Source: Myxococcota bacterium (GTDB taxonomy: Bacteria > Myxococcota_A > UBA796 > GCA-2862545). From it: a stretch of DNA of 33,373 bases. The position numbers were made by a program, and so were the translations under genes. The notes beneath the pieces were generated by a model that was not told the origin of the DNA, searched no databases, and was given only the letters and a program-made list of their open reading frames with translations. The stretch lies in assembly GCA_039208735.1 (NCBI GenBank), contig JBCCQY010000103.1, forward strand, positions 1 to 33,373, read 5' to 3'. Shown here piece by piece: positions 26,969 through 33,373 of the stretch. The stretch's first letter is position 1. Each line of letters starts with the position of its first letter.

Positions 26969-28582
26969 ATGGATCGCCGCATTTTGGATCCATCCGCCAC
27001 CGTGTGGATCGATCGACTCTGGGCCCACCTCGAGGATGCCGGGGAATGGCTCGTTTTTGCCGACTGGCTCGCGGAACGTCGAGATCCTCGAGCCGTGCTG
27101 TTGCGCCATGCATTGTCCCCGGGCCCTCTCGAAGAGGCCGGAACGCACTGGGCGCGCCTTCGTGACATTCATCGCAAGCGGGGCTTTGAGGAGGTTGGGG
27201 CCCTGCCGTGGGAGCTGTCCTTTCTCATCGCGGCCCGAGAGTTGATGCGGGTGCCCGCTCAAAGCCACTTCGCAGCTCTCATTACGTTGATCGAAGGGGT
27301 CAGCCTCGCCCAATGGTTTCACCTGGCGCCAAAGCTCGAGGAGATCCTCAACCCCTGGCCAGACCGCCTCCGCGACCCCGGGGGGGTGGGGTTTGAAGAA
27401 CGGTTTCAGCCTACTCCGCCCCCGTTTTGGTGGGGGTTGGTGCGGGCGACGAATCTGTCCTTTCCCCACCTCGAACGGCTCAATGTCGAAACCGTTGAGC
27501 CTTGGCTCGAGCCCCTGACCTACCTCGAAGCGCTCAATCCCAACGACGAAGAGGAACTTGGGTTTGCCACTGAGTTTCGGGTGCCCGAAATCGCCATCGT
27601 GGGCGCCGAGGTCCCGTGGCCGGCGGTGAGTTCGGCGACGATTCAGTCCGTTACGGCATACCACTGCAACAACGCTGCGAGCTGGCTGTCGGGGAGGGCC
27701 CCCTACTGGCCCCAGCTCGACCAGGTCGAGATCATTGGGATGCCTCGAGCAAACGACCCCGTCGATCTCACCAATTTGGCAGCGGGCCGTTTTCAGTCCC
27801 GACTTCGCACTTTGCGCTTGACATGGCACACGGTGGGCGAGCGCGACATGCCGGAGTGGCGACGCCTGAATGCTTTGGAAGAACTGGCTTTTCGGGTCTG
27901 TTCACTTGGCCCGTCGGGACGATTGTCGAAGGCTCTGGCGGATTCGCGAAGGCTTCCTCGGCTGTGCAAGCTCGATCTGCGTTGGTCACGCATCGAGGCG
28001 CCCTTTGACTGGGCGGCCCTGCCGACCCATGAGCGTACGCGTCAGTTCGAGGGGTTCGGGATTCCCTTCAGTCGCACCGCCGAGGGATTTCTTCGGCGGA
28101 CCGAGCCGTTTCCCGTCCTGAAGCGGTTGTCGTTTTCTGGGGGAGCCGAACTCGAGACGTTGGAACGCTGGCTTGACCATGAAGGAACCCTGGCCCCCCA
28201 ACTCGATCGGCTCGACTTGTTCGTCGATGCGACGCCCCAGGCGACCCTGGCGTGGGCTCGGGCACTCGACCGTTGGCCAGCTTTGACCACGCTCACCCTT
28301 CCCGTACGCATGGTCCAGCGACGGGAAGACATCGAACAGTGGCTTGCATCGACGGTCTTCCGGGGCCTTGACCAGCTCGTGTTGCATGGCACCCCCAGCA
28401 GCCTGATGCCATTGGTCGAGGCCATGACGTCCGAGGGAGTGTTCCCGAGGATCGTCTGTGACCTAGGGATGCGGACCGTGGTTCCCGACCTCTTCCGGCG
28501 ATGGGGCTTCGTCGCGGACGATGTCGAAGAACGATGGGTGGGCTGCGACGACCGGGACTGGTCGGCCGTGGTGGGGGCTTGA
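26969..28582 (+). CDS. TIGR02996-like (repeat-companion) domain plus leucine-rich-repeat-like protein
   Basis: N-terminal WLVFADWLAERRDPRA; LRR-like units LRTLRL, LEELAF, LCKLDLRWSRI, LKRLSF, LDRLDL, LTTLTL, LDQLVL. Confidence 0.7.
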   Translation: MDRRILDPSATVWIDRLWAHLEDAGEWLVFADWLAERRDPRAVLLRHALSPGPLEEAGTHWARLRDIHRKRGFEEVGALPWELSFLIAARELMRVPAQSHFAALITLIEGVSLAQWFHLAPKLEEILNPWPDRLRDPGGVGFEERFQPTPPPFWWGLVRATNLSFPHLERLNVETVEPWLEPLTYLEALNPNDEEELGFATEFRVPEIAIVGAEVPWPAVSSATIQSVTAYHCNNAASWLSGRAPYWPQLDQVEIIGMPRANDPVDLTNLAAGRFQSRLRTLRLTWHTVGERDMPEWRRLNALEELAFRVCSLGPSGRLSKALADSRRLPRLCKLDLRWSRIEAPFDWAALPTHERTRQFEGFGIPFSRTAEGFLRRTEPFPVLKRLSFSGGAELETLERWLDHEGTLAPQLDRLDLFVDATPQATLAWARALDRWPALTTLTLPVRMVQRREDIEQWLASTVFRGLDQLVLHGTPSSLMPLVEAMTSEGVFPRIVCDLGMRTVVPDLFRRWGFVADDVEERWVGCDDRDWSAVVGA

Positions 28583-31500
28583 AGCGGATAGGTCGTTTCG
28601 TGGACGTCGTGCAGCTGGTCGATCGGAACGTCGATCTCACCCGTCGGCGGGTGTGGTGCGGCGATGTGGCCACCCCCTTGACCGACCAAGAGGCGGGGCT
28701 GCTCGCCTACCTGGTGGCACGTCCGGGTCAGGTCGTGCCGCGTGACGAGTTGCTGGTGCGGGTTTGGGGGTACTCCGAGTCCGTCGTCACTCGAGCCGTG
28801 GATGCGGCGGTCCGCCGGCTTCGAAACAAGATCGAGGCCGATCCTTCCGATCCCGTCCACCTGTTGACCGTTCACGGGGTCGGCTTTCGGTGGCAACCGT
28901 TACCCTCCGATGATGCTGAAGACATCGTGGTTGTCGTCGATTGGGGCGATGCGTTGGCCACGTCCGAACGGTCTCGAGTCGAGGTGGTTCAAGACGTCCA
29001 CCTGGCCCTCGACGACGCTCGTCAGCGGCACGGAGGCCGGGGCCTTACCCAGGGGCCCGAAACCAGTGTGGCGGCCTTTGAGATGCCCCTGCCCGCCGCG
29101 CGTTTCACCCTGACCGTGCAGCGCGACCTCGAGAAGTACGTTTGGCCCAAGGTTGGGACCGCGCGAGGAACGGATGCGCGGGCGCGCGCTTCCCGTCTGT
29201 GTGCAGCGGCCTGGCCGGGCCAAATCCTGGTTGACCCCCAGCTCGCACAGGACTTCGGCGCGATTGAAGACCTGGGGGCCATCGCGGCTCCCCGCCAGGC
29301 GGCGGACCTGGGCATCGAGGGCCTGAGCACCGTCGTGGAGCTAACGGCCGTCGAGCACGCCCAACGTCGGTTTCCCTCTCGCGGAGGCACGCCGCTTCCC
29401 GCCGTCCATGATGAGTTTGTGGGTCGGCAGGCAGCGTTCCGTTTGCTGGACGAAGCGACGAAGGCGGCGGGCTGGGTCACGGTGGCGGGACCGGCCGGCG
29501 TGGGAAAGAGTCGCCTCACCCTGGAGTTTGCTCGACGCTGGACGGCGGGGCGAGCCTGGATTTGTAAGGTCGGAACCGCGCTTCGGTTTGACGAGGTGGT
29601 TCACATCGTGGCGGACGCGCTAGGAGTGCCCCTCCGAAGCCGCGACCAGGCGACCGCGTGTCATGCGATCGGGCGGGCGTTAGCCGGTCGAGGAACCGGA
29701 CTGGTCGTGCTCGACGGGATGGATCGGTTTGTCCCTGAAGGGGCTGCGACCCTACGCCTTTGGCGGTCGTTGGCCCCTTCGATGACGTTCGTGATCACGA
29801 GCCGGCGACGCCTCGACGTCCCCGACGAAACGGTGGTGGAGGTTCCTCCACTCGACGTTGATGACGCAGTGGCGCTGTTCGAGGCCCGAGTTTCGGTCCC
29901 CCGCTTCGAACCCACCGCTGTCGAAGCGTTGGTCATCCGTGTGGATCGGTTGCCCCTCGCGATCGAACTCGCCGCGGCCCGAACCGAGATTTTGTCTCCC
30001 AGCGAGCTGCTGAAGCACCTCACGTCGAGCATCGAAGCTCGGTTTCGCACGTTGCGGTCTCCGTCCGGAGAGATGGGGCTTTGGGGCGCCCTGGATGCGT
30101 CGTGGCAACTCCTCGACGCGATGGAGCGAGAAGCGCTCGCGTGCTGTGCCGGGTTTCGAGGGGCGTTTGATTTGGCGGCGGCGACCGCGGTGCTGGGGGA
30201 CCTCGACCCGCTGACCACGAGTGATCGGCTGCACGAACTGAAGGCCCGAAGCTTGGTCAGGGCTTTTCGGACGGATCGAGGAGGGATCCGGTTTTCATTG
30301 CTGGACAGCGTGCGTGATCACGCCTGGGCGCAGCTCGAGGAAGAGGGGCGAACCCAGGTGCTCGAACGCCACTGTGCGCACTACGCGACTCTGGGGGGGC
30401 CAGCGGCCCTCGCGCATCAGTTTGGCCGAGAGGGGGCGGTATGGCTCGCCGAACGCACGGCCGACTTGCCCGACCTGACCGCGGCGCTGGAGCATGCGGT
30501 GAGCGTGAAGGATGGAGCGCGATCGGTGGCCTTGGGGCTCGTGATCACCGACGTCGTTCGCCGAACGGGGCCGTACTCGATGGCGCTCGAGGCGATGGAG
30601 CCCATCTGGGCGGTGGTGAACGACGATGCGGACCGCAGCCGCCTTCGACTGGCTCAAAGCCAACTGTTGGATGGGATGGGCGATGGACAAGCGGGGGCCT
30701 TCGCGACCGAAGCCGTCGCGCTGGCCGAGGCGTCTGGCCAGGCCTCCTGCATTGCCGCCTCCTTGCTTCAGTTGGGTCGCGTCCAAGCGCATCGCGCCGA
30801 AGAGGCCAAGGCCTTCGAACACTTCCAAGCCGCCCGGGCGGCGGCCCGGCGCGCAGGCGATCTGCGCTTGCAAGCACAGGCCATCGGGGGGCTCGCCAAC
30901 CTCCATTCACGCCGTGGCGAACGATCGGCGGCCCACGAGCGCTACCATCAAGCCGAAGTGCTCTTCCGCCAGCTCGGGGACGTGCGGGGGCAGGCGTTGA
31001 TCGCGGCGAATCTAGCTGCAGAAGCAGCGGATACGGGTGATCTTGAAGCGGCGCGGCGGGGGTATGCCGAGGCCATGGCGTGCTTTGGTGCGGTTGGTGA
31101 GCGAGGTTTGGTTGCCCATTTGGGGTGCAACCTTGGAAATGCACTCACGGCCCTCGGTCGGCTTCCCGAAGCAGAACGCGTCCTGCACGATGCGCTGGAA
31201 GTGCATCGAGACCTCGGCGATGGCCGAGGGCAAGGACGTGCCTGGCTGCTTCTTGCAGAGCTGCATCTCGACCGGGGCAGGCCTAAAGCTGCCTCCGAGC
31301 CCCTCGAGCGGGCGATGGAACGGCTGCGGGAGGCCGGGGACCACCGGAACCTCGCGTTGGCCCAGGTGGCACGTGGCTGCAGCTGGATCGACCGGGGAGC
31401 CCCGGAGACCGCCCGGCCCCATCTCGAAGCCGGGCTCGCGACCCTGCGCCGGATCGGAGACCCTCGGGGCATTGCGTATGGGCTGGTTCAGTGGGCCCGG

Positions 31501-31752
31501 GTCACGGAATCGCTCGACGAGGCCCAACGGTCGCTCGACGAAGCGCGGTCGCTCGCCACAGCGGCCGATGACGGGTTGCTCGGAGCGTTGGTGGTTTGTG
31601 AACGGGGACTGCTCGCGGTTCGACAGGGCCGGCTCGATCGTGCGCGCGAAGCCCTGGCCCACGCCTCGGAGGTTCAAGCGTCGTTGAAGCTCACGCCGGC
31701 CTCATTGTTGGGGCGGCGTTGTGCGATGCTTCGGTCTGCGTTGGCCGAATGA
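28579..31752 (+). CDS. Winged-helix + degenerate cyclase-like + STAND ATPase + TPR regulator
   Basis: TTGA overlap with the upstream stop; wHTH VWGY...RAVDAAVRRLRNKIEADPSDPVHLLTVHGVGFR; Walker A GPAGVGKS; Walker B LVVLDG; LPLAIELAAAR; multiple TPRs with repeated LGD.RG; start could also be GTG 28600 or 28609. Confidence 0.9.
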   Translation: MKRIGRFVDVVQLVDRNVDLTRRRVWCGDVATPLTDQEAGLLAYLVARPGQVVPRDELLVRVWGYSESVVTRAVDAAVRRLRNKIEADPSDPVHLLTVHGVGFRWQPLPSDDAEDIVVVVDWGDALATSERSRVEVVQDVHLALDDARQRHGGRGLTQGPETSVAAFEMPLPAARFTLTVQRDLEKYVWPKVGTARGTDARARASRLCAAAWPGQILVDPQLAQDFGAIEDLGAIAAPRQAADLGIEGLSTVVELTAVEHAQRRFPSRGGTPLPAVHDEFVGRQAAFRLLDEATKAAGWVTVAGPAGVGKSRLTLEFARRWTAGRAWICKVGTALRFDEVVHIVADALGVPLRSRDQATACHAIGRALAGRGTGLVVLDGMDRFVPEGAATLRLWRSLAPSMTFVITSRRRLDVPDETVVEVPPLDVDDAVALFEARVSVPRFEPTAVEALVIRVDRLPLAIELAAARTEILSPSELLKHLTSSIEARFRTLRSPSGEMGLWGALDASWQLLDAMEREALACCAGFRGAFDLAAATAVLGDLDPLTTSDRLHELKARSLVRAFRTDRGGIRFSLLDSVRDHAWAQLEEEGRTQVLERHCAHYATLGGPAALAHQFGREGAVWLAERTADLPDLTAALEHAVSVKDGARSVALGLVITDVVRRTGPYSMALEAMEPIWAVVNDDADRSRLRLAQSQLLDGMGDGQAGAFATEAVALAEASGQASCIAASLLQLGRVQAHRAEEAKAFEHFQAARAAARRAGDLRLQAQAIGGLANLHSRRGERSAAHERYHQAEVLFRQLGDVRGQALIAANLAAEAADTGDLEAARRGYAEAMACFGAVGERGLVAHLGCNLGNALTALGRLPEAERVLHDALEVHRDLGDGRGQGRAWLLLAELHLDRGRPKAASEPLERAMERLREAGDHRNLALAQVARGCSWIDRGAPETARPHLEAGLATLRRIGDPRGIAYGLVQWARVTESLDEAQRSLDEARSLATAADDGLLGALVVCERGLLAVRQGRLDRAREALAHASEVQASLKLTPASLLGRRCAMLRSALAE

Positions 31753-31754
31753 CG

Positions 31755-32429
31755 TCACAAGTCGCGGGTCAGTCGTTCGACTTCGGGAGCGAGGTCCGGG
31801 GCGAGGAAGAGTCGTTCGCGGATGACGCCCAGCTTGAGCCGAGGAACGTTTGACAGTTCAGGAAGCAACGAACGCGAGCACAGGACTTCGAGGGTCGAAA
31901 GGTCGGTGCGGGTTCGCGTTCGTTCCACGAGACGGTCCCAGGCGACCTGAACGGCTTCGGGCCACCGATGCACCGGGGCGTTCGCGAAGGGCCAGCGTAG
32001 TTCCCACACCGCTTCGAGCGCCTGACGGTCGGTGAGTCGAGCCCCCAGCTCGATGGCGGTGTGGCATGCGGCGATCGGATCGGCGGAGGCACTGACGAGA
32101 AGAAGGTTGGCGCACGGTCGGAAGGCCTCGGGAATCGGTTTCGCGCCTTGAGGCGCCTCGACGAGGGCACGGGACTGGGCCCAGGCCTCCGCCCACTCGA
32201 GACGGGCGTCGTGGTACGCGAGGTCTGAATGAGCCCGCTGGATGGCGCTTCGCAGGGCCTCGCACATCGATCCCACGAGCGTCCGCCGGGCCGCCGCGGC
32301 CAGGGCCAAGGCACCCCAAAGCCAGTCCACCCGATCGCAGAAGGACCAGGCCATCTCGGCGTCGTCGAACTCGCGGGCCCAGGATTGGATGGCCGGCGGG
32401 GCCGCTTCGAGCCAGAACCACCAAGGCAT
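31755..32429 (-). CDS. Hypothetical alpha-helical protein
   Basis: ATG 32429; Trp-rich motif AWSFCDRVDWLW; the longer ORF-track extension overlaps the + strand gene and was discarded. Confidence 0.55.
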   Translation of the reverse strand: MPWWFWLEAAPPAIQSWAREFDDAEMAWSFCDRVDWLWGALALAAAARRTLVGSMCEALRSAIQRAHSDLAYHDARLEWAEAWAQSRALVEAPQGAKPIPEAFRPCANLLLVSASADPIAACHTAIELGARLTDRQALEAVWELRWPFANAPVHRWPEAVQVAWDRLVERTRTRTDLSTLEVLCSRSLLPELSNVPRLKLGVIRERLFLAPDLAPEVERLTRDL

Positions 32430-32444
32430 GAGGAGAGCCTTACC

Positions 32445-33368
32445 ATGAAGGTCATTCGGATCGTTGCCGTCACGTTCCTGGGGCTCTTGGTGATCTGGGG
32501 GGTGGCCTTGGGCGCCTGGGTTGCGACCCTCGCCACCTTGGGGCTCATCGGAATGGTTCTGTGGCCCCCCGAACGGGCGGTGCGCATTGGGCTGGGGCTT
32601 GCCTTCGTGGTGATCACGGTGGGGGCCGTGGAGACCCTCTGGTGCATCGACCAGATTGGGGCCAAAGCCCGCGAAGGGGACCTGTCGTTGCGCGACAAGG
32701 TCGCCGTCTATGGCTTCAATGTGGTGTTTGCAGCGGCTGCGATTCCGGCGGGGTTCAAGGAGTTCGGCTACGAAACCTTCGCGTTGGGCATTCCGTGGTC
32801 CAACGCCGGGGAGTGCCCTCACGATCGGCGTCAGGCCTACGGCTCAGCGTTGCGGGTCCGGGACGGAGCCGTGCCACGGTTGCGTCGATGGTCGTCGGCA
32901 ATGCCCCAGCGAAGCCCGCGTATTCGTGCTCGATTGGCCGAATGGGCTCGAACCTTGCCGAAGCCGGTCGCGGGCCGCGTCGAGCGGTTTGGTCCGTGGG
33001 ACGTTCCCATGTGGTCCTGGCGTAGCTACATCGCCTTGGAGGCGGCGAATCGGGTTCCGGTGGCTCTCAATTCACCACGGACCCGACTGTCTGCGGATGC
33101 CAAGGTCATCGACGGCCGTTGGCGCATCGAGGCTCGCGTTGACATGCCGGTTTCGTACCCGGAAGGCTCCACGTTGCAAATCGGCCCCTTCGGCCTTGAG
33201 GAGGGCATGTTCCACGATGCGCAGCCCCTGCTCGTTCCGTACTGCCTCGAGTACCACTGGACGGTGTGGGCAGATGACCCAAGGCTTTACACGATTGAAC
33301 CGGTTCGCGGGCCGTTCGAGTCATTGTCGACCGCACTGCTTCGGAGCCTCGGTGCCCACTACCGTTGA
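32445..33368 (+). CDS. Hypothetical membrane protein
   Basis: ATG 32445 after AGGAGAG; 2-4 N-terminal hydrophobic helices followed by a soluble domain. Confidence 0.7.
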   Translation: MKVIRIVAVTFLGLLVIWGVALGAWVATLATLGLIGMVLWPPERAVRIGLGLAFVVITVGAVETLWCIDQIGAKAREGDLSLRDKVAVYGFNVVFAAAAIPAGFKEFGYETFALGIPWSNAGECPHDRRQAYGSALRVRDGAVPRLRRWSSAMPQRSPRIRARLAEWARTLPKPVAGRVERFGPWDVPMWSWRSYIALEAANRVPVALNSPRTRLSADAKVIDGRWRIEARVDMPVSYPEGSTLQIGPFGLEEGMFHDAQPLLVPYCLEYHWTVWADDPRLYTIEPVRGPFESLSTALLRSLGAHYR

Positions 33369-33373
33369 ACTCC

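Noticed and set aside
24060..31752. Assignment of the STAND genes to known Avs antiviral systems
   Set aside because: Their N-terminal domains are winged-helix DNA-binding domains, not nuclease, protease, TIR or SIR2 effectors; a regulator class fits better
91..33336. Many long antisense or alternative-frame ORFs (e.g. 91..1092+, 1180..2430-, 8745..9704+, 25752..26708+)
   Set aside because: Shadow ORFs expected at high GC; Arg/Pro/Gly-rich, no motifs, and overlapping well-supported genes
1..33373. CRISPR array, tRNA/rRNA, IS or prophage
   Set aside because: No regularly spaced direct repeats, cloverleaf or rRNA-like stretches, transposase, integrase or phage structural motifs seen by eye

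Overview
GC-rich (about 65% by eye) bacterial chromosomal segment. The gene repertoire (Cys-rich lipoproteins, TIGR02996-LRR protein, wHTH-STAND-TPR regulators, ECF/anti-sigma pairs) suggests Myxococcota or a similar lineage; this is inference. About 29 densely packed CDSs; no rRNA, tRNA, CRISPR array or IS element was recognised. The left part is mixed housekeeping and accessory: SnoaL-like fusion, Kbp-like BON-LysM-LysM protein, M81 peptidase, glycerophosphodiesterase, alpha/beta hydrolase, phenylalanine hydroxylase, ECF sigma plus zinc-finger anti-sigma, RluA-family synthase, RseP-like protein lacking its catalytic Glu, 2OG-Fe(II) oxygenase, a broken ECF sigma plus FecR-like partner, a Coq4-like protein, an orphan histidine kinase and an MDR oxidoreductase. 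The best candidate for an undescribed system is 19.2-31.8 kb: an outer-membrane beta-barrel gene divergent from two coupled lipoprotein genes that together look like a split vitellogenin/MTP-type lipid-transfer module, followed by a STAND-TPR / TIGR02996-LRR / STAND-TPR cluster. Several single-base frameshifts fall in homopolymer runs and may be assembly errors. All family calls come from motif recognition by eye, not database searches.
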